NCBI RefSeq assembly: GCF_036321535.1 | Contig: NC_087436.1 | Span: 111,292,001-111,356,000, forward strand | Direction: 5' to 3' | Source of the DNA: Camelus dromedarius | Taxonomy: Eukaryota | DNA length: 64,000 bases | Part shown: positions 11,297-24,095 of the stretch, one piece after another | How the letters are laid out: the number at the start of each line of letters is the position of its first letter | Numbering within the stretch: the first letter of the stretch is position 1 | The notes under the pieces: model-generated | The model's database searches: none | Told to the model about the DNA's origin: nothing | What the model saw: only the letters and a program-made list of their open reading frames with translations | Program-made: the position numbers and the translations under genes

Positions 11297-14200
11297 AAGG
11301 CGCTCAGTTAACATTCATTGCATGATGTCAGAAACAGAAATAGTTTTCCTGCGGAGTTGGTGTTTGAATGCCCAGGCAGCACCTGCACGCAGGCATGCCT
11401 GCAACCACACGGGACACCGCAAGGGTGGAGGTAACGCAGAAGAAGGTTGGCAGCGCTGGACCGGTCTGTGGCTGATGGAGGGGCAGGGGTGAGGGGACAG
11501 GGACGCCAGCAAACGGTGCAAAACACCTACTTCCCCAAAGATGTTCTTGTTCGACTGGGGCTGTACAATTTAAGTTAGTTGGAGACTCAGGAGTTTTAGT
11601 TTAGGCTCTTAGCTGTTCTGCCAAAGCACTGCAGTGAGTCAAAAGAGGTATAAATAATAAGGCCAGACTTTTCACCCCACTCCCAGCGCGTGCGGAGGGA
11701 GGGTGGCCAGACCTCTGGTGGGGCCAGAGACAGCTGGGGCTTTGCTGAGCCTTTTGTCCTGGTCTCTCGTGTCTGGTCTCCTTGATTCTTCCAGAGTCCC
11801 AGTTTTAGTCATTGGTTTCCAGAAAACCATTCAGCCTTGGTAATTCTAAAGGAAACTTTTTTCCTGGAAGATTCTGGTGCCCGGGTCCCAGTGAAGTGGG
11901 GGGCAGAGAAGGGGTGAAGTTTTCCTAGATCCCCTGCCTGCATGGTCTCCAAAAGAAAAAGGAGAGTCATTTGTGGTCATTATTATTCAAGTCATTTTGC
12001 CTCCACAAGTGTTTACGAGTGCTGTCACTATGCAGGGCATGGGGCTGGGAGCCAGGGTGCACGAGGCCCAGTCCTGGTCCTTGGGGAGCTCTGTTTCAAA
12101 GGAGGGAAATAAGTATTTACTGACTTAATAACCCAGTGTGATCAGTGCTACACTAATGGCAGGAAGAGGCTTGTGCAGTCAGTGTGGGACAGCAGGGCCT
12201 GTGCCCAGGGAGGTGCAGGAAGCTTGCACCCAGGAGTGCCCTCTGCCTGGGTACTTGGCTGGACGTGACTTCATCAGAAGGGGTGGATGGGGTGGGGGTG
12301 GGGGGCAGTGAGCACAGTGAAAGGTCCCAGATGGAATCCCTGGGGCTGGTAGGGAGGGAGTGGAGGCACGGCTCCAGGGGTCTCCCGGGCCTGAGAAGTG
12401 TCCCCTGCACACTCAGGGAGGCCCTGTGTGGTTTGCTGGGCAGCTGTCCCCCCACATCACACCTGGAAGGTCAGGTGAAGCCCAGGGTGTCAGCAGGCAG
12501 ATGATCACTAAGTCCTTAGACAACTGTGACGTACCCTCTGATCCGAGTTGAGGGGTCTGCTTCCATCTGACATGGAACCGGGCAGGTTGCCCTGGAGACC
12601 CAGTCCATGGAGAAATTCCTGGCTAAGAATCGGGCTGAGACCTGCTGGAGCCCAGGATGAAGGCGCAGGGCAGTGTGACAGCTCTGGTCTCAGGGTTAGG
12701 ACATGGATTCCACCCCAGCTTGACCCCAGACAATTCCAAAAACCTCTCTGAGCTCAGTGCTCTCATTACTCCTAGTGGCAGACACAGACTCTGGACCAAG
12801 AATGTAGTGCTTTGCACAGTCACAGAATAACCCTGTGAGGCAAGTGTTATTATTATCCTTGTCTTACAGTTAGGGAAACTGAGGCCCAAAGAGCAGCACC
12901 AGGGCCCAAAGCACGATTCTGTATGGCTTCTGGTTAGTAAAGTGGCTGTGATAACCCCCGCCCTCCACACCCCAGAGACCTGTGGTAATGAACGGAAGAA
13001 AGCACACAAAGACACTTTCCAAAACTGTTAAGGAGTCTATAAATGTAAGGTGTCTTTATAGTGTCCATTACAGTCCCCTGTAATCATCGCAGAAAACCCC
13101 ATTGCATTAGGTGTTCTATTTTAAGATGTACATGATGCTACTTTTCAAAGATTGTCAAGAGAACTTGAGAATGACTTTCAATATTTCCTTCGAGGAGATT
13201 TCCTGGGCGTGGGTGTTCCTTTAAAATAGAAACAGTCCAGAAGATGTTCACTGCCTAGAAGGTGAAAGATGAAGACCTAATGAGAACACGGGTTTAAAAT
13301 AACCAGCCATTTGTTGGCAAGGAGTTGGGAGGAGGCTCTTGCAGCGGATGGTTGGGGGAGAGACAGAACGACTTGTTCTTCTGCGCACACTTTAGCACTG
13401 GAGACAGAGCCCTGGGCAGAACCGGAGCAGATGCCTGGAGGGAGATGCAAGAGGGTGAATTAGGGACGACTGACTCAGGATACACCCAGAGTGGCTCAGG
13501 GTTGGCCCTGGGAGGAGCTCCCTGGGGCCCCAAGCAGGTAAGCAGAAGAGGGGCCACTGGAGAGTCAGCTCCACTTGGAATTCAGAGAAATGAGTATTGG
13601 CGAGCTTGAAGGTCCTCTTTCAGCCAGCTGTTCATTTCCACAGTTCAGTCCATTTGTGAAATATTTAGATGGCACCCTAGCTCCTTTTAAATGATGTACT
13701 TTGGCCTAAGACACCACGTACACAAGGTAGAGGGTGAAGGAGGAATATTTTTTCCATGTATATGGTCTCTTGGTCCCCACCGCTGAACCATTAGTTTGTT
13801 GAAATCAAGTACTATATCTTGTTAATCTTTATCCTTCCAGCACCTGGAGCACCTGCATGCGGCAGCTGTGCGCACCTCCTTGTGCATAAACTGATACCTG
13901 ACATGACGGCTGAATGCATGGAACCGAGTGTACCATTTGAGCCTGATAGTGACAAGGTTAGATGAGGAACGCCTTCCAAAGTCAGAGGATGATTTAGAAG
14001 AACACTAGGGTCCTTCAGTTACTCGCGGGCTAGGAGAGAGCACACGTCCTTTTCTGAGAAGGAGGCTCTTGTGGGGCTGGAAACAAGTGAACAGAAACAG
14101 AAAGGATAATGGAGTTCACCTCCCTGTTGATTTGGGAAGCAGCCTTCATCTCTCCAGTTGACTTTGAGTGTCTGTTTTGCAGATCTTTCTCAGCAGCATG

Positions 14201-14679
14201 TTTGTACAACCTGATTTTAACTCACCCAGTTAGGCCTTGACATTGGCAGCTGGCGATTGTGCCAACACAGCACAGCCGAGTGCCGGTGCAGTCACAAGAA
14301 GTGACACGGATGGGAGTGGGACAACCCGGGGTCTGGTCCTGTGCTGCTCTCCAGTGGCTGTGTGACCTGAGACAAGTCACTGGACTTCTCTGATCTTAGA
14401 TCTCCATCTGGAACATGGGGACGGTGGTGCCTTTCCTGCCCTCCTCCCTGGGTCTCAGGCATCCATGAGTTAAGTGTGGAAATAGACAAGTGCCATGTGT
14501 GGCTAGGGGCCGCTGTAGTCATCCAGTGCATCATCAGCCTTTTTAAGCATTTACATCCTCTCCTGTTTCTGGACTCCTGCCCAGGATGCCTTTAACTGTA
14601 TCAGTGGTCGATAAGGTGGCCCAGAAATTACATCCTGCACACTCTCTTTCACGGTCTGCACAGTGACTCAAAGCACGTT

Positions 14680-15900
14680 TGAAATTCTTTTTCATCTCCA
14701 TAACTGTCATGAGATTTTTGTCTATTATTCATGTTGCTTTAAGTTCCTTCTCCCTTTTGCCTTGCTCAGTCTTACCCCGTAGTTTGATGTGTCTTTTCAA
14801 AAAGCCAGCTTTCAGATGTATTGGTCAGATCTATTTTTTTTTCCTGTCATTAATTTTGTCTTTCATAACTCTTTCCTTCTACTTACTTTGGGTTTTTTTA
14901 TGTTATTCTTTTTCTAACTTCTTGACTGTTCTCTAATAAATACATTTAAGGCTGTAAATGTCCTCTAAGTGTATGTCTTGATCAGTATCCCAGTGTTTTG
15001 AAGTTTATCTCATTTTTTTAAACCTTCTTTCTTATTGTTTTCTAATTTTATTGCATTGTCATTAGGTAGTATGGTCTGTGCTGAGATCTCTTTGTAGCCT
15101 GCTGTGGGGTCAGTTCTTAAAAATGTTTCCTGTGTGATAGAGAAAAAGCATATATTCTCGGTTTGGTTGTTAGAGTATATAGATTTGAATTCTGGTTCTG
15201 TGATATGACCACTATGACCTTGGGTAAGTTACAGACCCTCTCCTGCATAACTCCTCCTCAGTTTCATCATCTTTAAAATGGGATGATACCCACGTTATAG
15301 ACTTGAGGGCCTGGCACACACTAAGCATCATATAAATGTTAGCAGTGATAAGTATTCTTTTTGAGCTGTTAAGTTTAGCTCAGTAATCTTGTTCAGATCT
15401 TCCACATCCTAGCTCATTTTGTGTACCTGAGTTGTGTCTCTGAGAGGTGTTTATTACAATCCCCCATTATAGTTATAAATTTCCCCTTTTCTCCCTACAT
15501 TTCTGAATATTTTGCCTTATGTTTTCAGTCTCTGTTGTTCGGTGCCTACAGGTTCATTATTAGAGGGTTCTAGGGAATGATTCCCTTTACCAGGATGGGG
15601 ATATCCATGTGGAACTAAGTCACTTCTTCTTGTTTACTGTGATTGCTGGTACCATTAGGATTGTTTTGGCCAACATAGTTTGTGCTTTCTATTTACCAAA
15701 ATTTCCCTGTAATTCTAAATTTTCCTTTTGAAACCTGGACCTAATTAACTTTGATTATCATGTGTATATTTATGCTATAGTATTACATTATTCTGATTTT
15801 TGATGGTTCTTCCACATTCACTGTGCAGTTTCCCCCCACATTATACAGAATGTGTGTTTATAACCTGTGTCTCACAAAGCTCTTCTGTTTAGACTATGAT
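14680..15900 (-). mobile_element. Degenerate L1 fragments interrupted by a MIR (~15180-15350)
   Basis: T-rich antisense L1-like sequence; MIR core gaccttgggtaagtta...ctcagtttcatcatctttaaaatggg. Confidence 0.55.
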
Positions 15901-18043
15901 CTTTACTTCTGGACTTTATAAGAATTGGAGATCTCCAAGACACTTTAATGCCCCAAATACCTGAAAGTACAAGGCAGAGGTGGACCTTTTAGCCTTGGAT
16001 CCGTGTGAAGGTTATAGGCTGGGCAGTGGCACCATTTCTGAACGTGCACAGCGTGAGCCAAACTCACTGGGCCCTGCAGCTAGCACGTGTCAACCAGCCG
16101 GACTGCAGTGTCCAGTTACAAACACTGAAGAGGCAGTTCAGACAATGGAAGATGGCCATGCTGAGCGTTCTCAGTTACTGGCTGTAGGACTTTGAACACT
16201 ACATCTGGGATTACTTTCACCTTCATTTCTGTTCCAGGAAGGGAGAGAGAGAACACTCCTGTAATTAATATAAAGCAGGAAAACTGTCTGTCTGGTTTCT
16301 TGCTGTGTCCCTGGAACAGTGCCTGGCATGTAGTAAATGACCGATAAGTATCTGTGAACAAATTATGGTACCAAAATAACTGTTGTGGGAACTTCAAGAA
16401 GAAAGAGTACAATTGCAGCAAAAGAGACTGTGACGGCTTCTTGGAGGAAGGGACAGTTCAGTAGGGCTTTCAAGCATCAGCGGGGTCTGGAGATTAAAGG
16501 ACGCATCAGTTTGGAGAAACAGATAAGTAGTGATATGGAATAAGGCGTTCATTTTAGGAAATGACCTGGCATAGTTGTGGGAGCCACTTAAATACTTTAT
16601 GTTCAGCTATTGCTCCTGAATCTGGTGTGGGGTTTAAAGTGGGCCTAAAGCAGAGCTGGCTGGCAGTCAGAAGGAGAGAAGGACAAACGGGGAACAAGAA
16701 AGACCAAGGATGAATGCAGCCCATGAGGCTGCACTTGAACAGTGTCGGTTTCTGAGGCCAACGAGGCTCCAACTTTGATGGTACAGGTGACCTGCGGGAG
16801 AGTCCGGCATCTTTTATCATAGAGCCAAACATGCCCATGGCCCAGGACAAAGGAGAAGTCCAAGGACTGAGGTCTGGGGCAGGAGAGGAGGAAGCTTTAG
16901 CGGAGGAAGAAACCCACGAGAAGGGGCTGCATGCAGGAAGGAGTGATCAGAGGTTTCCAGTTCTGCAGGGAGGTCCATTCAGCTGAGGCCCAAGGAGTGA
17001 CCACTGGGTTTGGCCACATGGAGGTCATCATTGGCCTTGACATTGGTGGCCTTTAATAGACATTTGAGTACTGGGAAGGCAACCAAAGCAGTTTTTATTC
17101 CAGGTTAAGGGGGACTGGAGCCCAAGGCCCCATCCTCCAGCCTCAGCTCTGCCCTCTTCCACTGCCAAGGGCCCCTCAGACATCTCCCAGGGTCTCTGGA
17201 ACATGGTTTAAAAACCACAGATGGAACCAACCCCTTTGCTTTACAGCTGATGTGGCTCAGGTCCAGAAAAGAGACTGGCTGTAGGCCATGCAAGCAGTTA
17301 GTCGAAAAGCTAGGTTGTGATTTATTATTATATAATGAGATTTCTCAACAAAGAAATCTGTTCCTAGCCTGTCTTATTATACTGTTTTCCTTGGACAGTG
17401 GTTGCTATACCAAGTAGAAAAATCAAAATAAGAAAGTCTTTTTCACATTTTAGTCTCTGTGGAAAGGGGAAATAATAATGAACAAATTCAATTGAGAGAA
17501 AATTCCAAACCTCATTATTAACTCAGGGTTTCCATATTGTCCTCCCACCACATCCCACTTCTCAACACCTCTGGCCAGGTTCCATGTTTTCAGATCCTGT
17601 GTGATGAGACAGAGCAGTGCCACATGTAAAATGGGTATAATAACAATACCAGTTGCTCATACGTGTGGACCAGTGACTGTTGCTGGCCCTGTCCTCTGTC
17701 CCCACACTAGCCCCAGGGTCAGGTTCCCTGACTGCACTTCATTTCTGCTATTCACTGATGGGAACCCTGGATAAGCTACTTCCTCTCTCCGTGCTTTAGT
17801 TTTGCCAGCTGTGTGACATGCTTGGCAGACTGGAAAACAGAGTCCAGGGACAAGGGCTGACACCGCTCCTAAGCCAGGCACTGTGCTCGGCACTGAGTCA
17901 TCACAGGCCTCCGTCCTAGGCCTGAGAGCCGGGCACTGACACCGGATTGCTGGGGGCTCCTCTTCTCCGCTCTGTGATTTAATAAATCACAGGTTGACTC
18001 AGGGAACTGTACTGAATCTCATCTTGTACCTGTTTTGCCTTAG

Positions 18044-18268
<225 letters not shown>

Positions 18269-18522
18269 TAGGGAGGGAACAGACATGGCTTGCATGTCTT
18301 CAGCACAGCTGTGGGCTTTACATAAACTGTCTTATTTAATTGTCACATCAACCCAGAGAGGCCATTTCTTTGATTAATAACCTGAGGCTCAAAAAGGTTA
18401 ATAAACTGCCCAAAATTCAGACAGATCTGGACTGGCCCTAAAACCTCTGCTCACTCCTCTTCAACTAAGTAAGGGAGATGAAGGAGCTTTGTCACCAAGG
18501 GGAAATCTCCCACCTTATTCCC

Positions 18523-19375
18523 TGTATTAGTCAGCTTATGCTGCTGTAACAAACATTTCCCAAATACCAGTGATTAACTAATAGGTCAGCTATCTTTATT
18601 CTTGGCTCTGCTAAGCTTTGCTGGCCTTATATAAGGTTAGCTCCTGGCTGACAGTCAGGTGTTATTGCTCTGCCCCAAACCACGGGTAGAGTTTAAGTCC
18701 GCTCCAGATGCCTTCTCATTCTGGGTCTGAGACTGATGGATTAGCCTCTATCTAGGGCATGTTGTTGTCATGGTAAAGGGAAGAAGGTCAAAAAAGCTGA
18801 TGGAATCATACAATGCCTCTTAAAGCCTACACTCAGAACTGCACTGTCTCATTTCTACCCACATTCCATTGGCCAAAGTGAGTCACATGACAAAAACTAA
18901 TATCCCTGGGCAGAGACTAGGCCCCCCACATGTCTTAGTCAGCCTGGGCAGCTATAACAGTACCGTGCACTGGGTGGCCTAAACTACAGAGGATGATGTC
19001 TCACAGTTCTGGAGGCTGGGAAGTCCAAGATCAAGGGGGTGGCCCTATCAGTTCCTGGTGAGAGCTCTCTCCCTGGCTTGCACGGGGCCATCCTCTTGAT
19101 GTGTCCTCATGTGGAGATGAGAGAGGCGGCAGTTGGTGTTGCAGGGAGGTCCCTCCTGTGTCTCTTCTTATAAGGGCACTAATCTCACCGTGAGGGCTCC
19201 ACCCTCATAACCTAATTACCTCTCAAAGCCCTCATTTCCAGATATGATCACATTGCTGACTAGGGCTTCAACATGTGAATTTTGGGAGAAACAATTCAGT
19301 TCATAGACCACACAAGGCAGAGGAAGGGAAGAGTGAAGATTTGCTGAACAATTACAGTCTGTCACACCAGCTCAC
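18523..19375 (-). mobile_element. Older MLT1 LTR containing a nested younger MLT1 LTR (18931-19307)
   Basis: Both start tgt(a/c)ttagtcagc; inner copy flanked by 5-bp TSD ccaca/ccaca. Confidence 0.8.
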
Positions 19376-19558
19376 AAGATTCTGATACAGGAGGTCTTGG
19401 TACATCCCAGCCCCATGTGTTTTGAGGAAGCTTCCCAGGTGACTCTGAGGCCACCACAGTTATAATCCACTGCCCCACATTAATAAGCAGCTTGTATGTG
19501 GTCCTGACAGATGACAGGGAAGCCCTGCTCCCATCTGGCAGCTCTCTAAGCAGTGGGT

Positions 19559-19921
19559 TGTCATAGTCCATCTGGGCTGCTTAGCAAAATTCCATAGACT
19601 GGGTGGCTTATAAACAACTGAAATTTATTTGTCACAGGTCTGGAGGCTGGAAAATCCAAGGTCAAGGTGATGGCAGATTCTGTGATGGATACAGGCTTAC
19701 TTTCTGGTTCGTAGAAGGCATCATTCACTGTGTCTTCACAAGGTGGAAGGGGCAAAGGAGCTGTCTAGGGCCCCTTTTATAAAGGCATTAATCCCATTCA
19801 CGAGAGCTTCACCATCATGACCTAATCACCTTACAAAGGCCCCATTTCTTAATACAATTATATTGGGCAATAGGCTTCAAAGTATGAATTTTGAGGGGAC
19901 AGAAAGATTCAGAACATAGCA
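19559..19921 (-). mobile_element. MLT1A-like LTR
   Basis: tgtcatagtccatctgggctgc...ccatagactgggtggcttataaacaac...attcagaacatagca. Confidence 0.85.
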
Positions 19922-21953
19922 TTGAGGAAGCAGAGCCTGTACCCCTAAGTCATGTCAATGGCAGGGTCAAGCACCTACAGTGCAGGGAACTCTCCAGCTA
20001 AGAAGGCTTACACGTCTCCCTCCAGATTCTGTCTCAGGATCTATGAGGTATGTAACCACAGCAGTTAAAGGAGACAGACTCTGGGGTCAGGCCTCCAGAC
20101 TAAGTGCTGGTACCATCAGTTACCACTGGCAGTCACAAATCCTGTTTAAAACCCACAGTTCCAAAGGGAAACAAGTAATCTTTACCCTGAAAATATTGGC
20201 AGAATTTCAGAGAGGCTTCTAAGGAGCCCAGCCTGGGTCACGTGTCCATCCCTGAGCCCATCATTCTGGCCAAGGAGATGCCTGGCTCTGATGGGCCAGG
20301 TATGTGTTAAAGGCCCTTCCCTGGGGCCACCTGGGTATGAGGGCACAGTTAGCTGCACCAGAACCTTGTGAACTAAACAGGATCACCATGGAAAGAGGAA
20401 TGGCTTCCCCAGGGAGAGGATGCTGGGAAGACCAACAGCAGGTGGTGGTCACAACAACGTCTTTTTCTCACAGGTAGCTATATTGGTAAGGGGATTCCTC
20501 AACTGTAGAAGCAGATAAGGAATTGTGGTGTCTGGAGGCTTCTTTCACAGAGGTTTTAGTTGGGGTGGAAGGGCTGAGCAGTGATGAGAAAGGAATAGAA
20601 AGAGCTAAGGTCGGAGACTGCAGGACAGAACAAACGCATTGATTTCTTTAGGGATGGGACTTCATATTTAGTAGGTAACCCTTTGAAGGATGCTTGTCAG
20701 GGAACTTCTGGCATGGTGGCTTTAAGAGAGTGGTGGCTTTTCCTTTGGCTGTTAATTTAAGGTTGTGGGGGTAGCAGGCTAGAATCAACTTTAATGGGGG
20801 CAAGGAAGTGAAGAGAGTCAGCTATGGCTTGCTTTGTCAGAGCTAGGATCAGATTTTTACGATAGGAGGGAGCTGGGGGAAATAAAATGCAGTCAGACAG
20901 AAATTCCCATTAGTGTTCCAGGAAATACGGATGATGATAAAAATATATACTGAATGTTGGAGTATGACAAGCACACTTAAAGGATTAACCCATTTAATCT
21001 TCTTTAGGTGATACTGTTATTGACTTACCTACTTCATTTTAAAGATGAGGGAAATTGAGGACCAGAGAGGTTAAGTAACTTGCCCAAGTTTACACGCCAG
21101 CAGATGACAGCATCCAGATGATAGTCTCTCTGGCTCCAGAACTTATACTTTTAACCACATGTCAACTTAGGGCAACTGTTCTTATGTGCAACATGAAATT
21201 CCACAGGTCTTTTACTTTTCCAAGATCACTTTCTCTTTTAATACTCAGTAATAACTGAAATGTCCACTTCCAGCCAACACAGAGTAACTGGTGCTAGACT
21301 TTCCCTCTTTCTAGAAACAACTATAAAACTGAACAAAATAAATGAGATGGCTCTCTTGAGTAATGAGATGCTATGCAGAGAAGGACAGTGTTCTTCGGAA
21401 GGGAAACATGCGTTGAATCCCACGATCACCCCACATTTGCTCCTGCCTTTCCGCCTGGAGACAGTGCCAACCACATGCCAAGAATCATCCAGTGGAGGCA
21501 GGCTGGGCTGAGGAGGCAGATATCCAGGCTCAAGGCTACTAAAGTGGCTGGCATTTGTAAGACAGGGTGCCAAAAGAGAGAATCCTATGCAGGGGGAGAG
21601 AGGGCAGAAATCTATGAGAGTTTCCACAGGTCCTTGCCAAGGGCTTGAGTGAGCATGTACAAGATGAGACTCCATGAATCCTAGGAGTGGGCTGCTGCCA
21701 TAGGGCCGAGAAAAATGGAGATACCAGAGGTCACGCCGTGCTGGGAGACACTGGAGTCCCATCTTAGCCAGAATTAAAAGGCCTTTCTAATCTCCATAGA
21801 CATTTAGTAGAGACCTCAGAAAAGTCACACTTTAGGAGTAAGAAACATACCCTATAGGATAAGGGCCACACCCTAGAACAAAGGACAGTGTTGAAATGTA
21901 CCTGCTCTAACGAAAGACAAATCCAAGCATAAAAGGATCAGAAAGAGCCTTCA

Positions 21954-22009
21954 ATTTGACACAACACTGTAAAATGATTATAAATCAATAAAAAATGTTA
22001 AAAAAAAAA
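21954..22009 (+). mobile_element. Extremely 5'-truncated young L1 insertion
   Basis: L1 3'-end-like sequence + AATAAA + A tail between perfect 14-bp TSDs agaaagagccttca (21940-21953, 22010-22023). Confidence 0.85.
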
Positions 22010-23711
22010 AGAAAGAGCCTTCAGTAATTTAACTGCCTGTCATAACAAAACTTAACACTTTTGAAAGGAAGACATAAACCAGCGTCCCTACATTCTATTA
22101 TCTACAATATTGAGCATTTGATGGAAACATGAAACAAGCAATAAAGCAGAACAGTATGACTGGTAATCAAGAAAAAAAGCCAATAGAAGTAAGCCCTAAA
22201 ATGACCTGGATAGTGGAATTAGCAGACAAGGACTTTAAAGCAATTGTATGAGTTATGTTCAAGGACATAAAAGATTGTTATAATGAGTGAGCAAATAGGG
22301 AATTTCAGCAGAGAAGTAAAAACCTTGAAATAGTGGAAATTCTAAAACTGTAAAGTACAATAGCCAAAATGGAAACCTCAGTGAACAGGCTTAACAGCAA
22401 ATTAAAATTATGGAAGAAAAGTTAATGACTTGAAGACAGATCAGTAGAAACTGCCTTGTCCAGAGAATGAAGGGAAAAAAGATTTTTAAAAAATGAAGCG
22501 ACTCTTAGTGACTTGTGGGACAATATCAAATGGCCTAATATGCATATATTTGGAGCCCAAGAGAAAAATGGGAAAGAAAATGGAACAAGAAAAAATACTT
22601 GGAAAAATAATGACTGAAAATTCCCCCAGCTTGTTGTGGGTCATCGATTTATATAGTCAAGAAGCTCAGTGAACTCCCCACAGGATAAATCCAAAGACAA
22701 CAATGCCTAGATACATCATAGAAAATCTGCTGAAAGCAAAATATATCTCCCCGAAAATGTTAAAAAGCAGACAGCTTTTTAAAAAGACAAATTACAAGGT
22801 AGAATTGACTTCTCATGAATACAGATGACAAGTGACTTCTCATCAGCCTTCCCGCCTCATTTTCTTCTGAAAGCCAGAACACTGTGGAGCAGTATCATTA
22901 AAGTACTAAAAGAAAAGAAAAAAAAAACAAACTTGTCAAGTCCAAATTTAAACCTAGGGAAAATAGCCTTCAAAATTGAGAGTGAAATAAAACTTTTTCA
23001 GGTACATAAAAGCTAAGAGAATTTTTTATCAGCCAAGATGAAATAAGATAAATGGTAATGGAATTTATTAAAGCTGAAAGGAAATAATATCAAATTTAAA
23101 CTTGGATCAACAAGAGAAAATGAAGGAGCATCAGAAGTGGTAGGTGTATAGTAGATGTAAAAAACTACTGTTTTTCCTTCTGTTAATTTCTTTAAAAGAC
23201 ATCTAACTGCTTAATAGTAATAAAAACATTATATTACGGAGTTCATAATGCAGGTAGTTGAATAATATATGGACAAACTAGCACAGAGGACAGGGATAGG
23301 ATTAATGGGATTATAGTGTTATAAGGGACTTACATTTTATATGAAGAGTTATAATATTAACTCTAAGTAGACTCTGATAAATTAGGGATATAAATTATAA
23401 TCCATAGAGCAATATTAAACATTAATACAAAGAAGAGCTTAAAAATCCAGTCAAAGAACTAAAATGGAATACTAAAGCATATTTGTTAGGTAGGAAGGTA
23501 GAAAAAGAAGAACAGAAGAAGAACTATAAGAAAAGGAATTGGGCAAATAGAAAACAAAGAGGAAGATGTAGATTTAAGCCAAATCATTTTAATAATTACA
23601 AGGTAAGTGAAGCAAACACGTCATCTAAAAGAAAGAGATTGCCAGAGAGGATAAAAAAGCAAGACGTTAATATGTGCTGTCTGGGGGAGAGATGTTTAAG
23701 TATAAAGACAC

Positions 23712-24095
23712 TGTTATGGGCCGAATGGTGCACCCCCTCAAATTCACACAGGAAGCCCTAACACCCAATGTGTTAGAATGGGAATGTATTTAGAGGTGGG
23801 ACTTTAAAAAGGTGATTGAGTTAAAATAGAGTCATTGGGTGGTCCTGACCCAAGATGACTGGTGTCCTTATAAGAAGAGGAGATAAGCACACTGGTAACG
23901 CAGAGAGAGGGACAATCACATGAGAACAGGGTGACGGAAATTTGCTATCTGCAAGCTTCAGAACAGAGGCCCTAGGAAAACCAAACCTGCTGACACTTTG
24001 ATCTTGGAGTTCTAGCCTTCAGAATTATGAGAAAACAAATCTCTGCTTTTAAAGCCACCCAGTCTGTGGTGTTTTGTTATGGCAGCTCTAATGCA
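23712..24095 (+). mobile_element. MLT1-type LTR inserted into the L1
   Basis: tgttatgggccgaat...tttgttatggcagctctaatgca; TSD gacac/ggcac. Confidence 0.85.

Noticed and set aside
15900..16210. Possible processed pseudogene fragment
   Set aside because: No recognisable protein in any frame, no A tail or TSD
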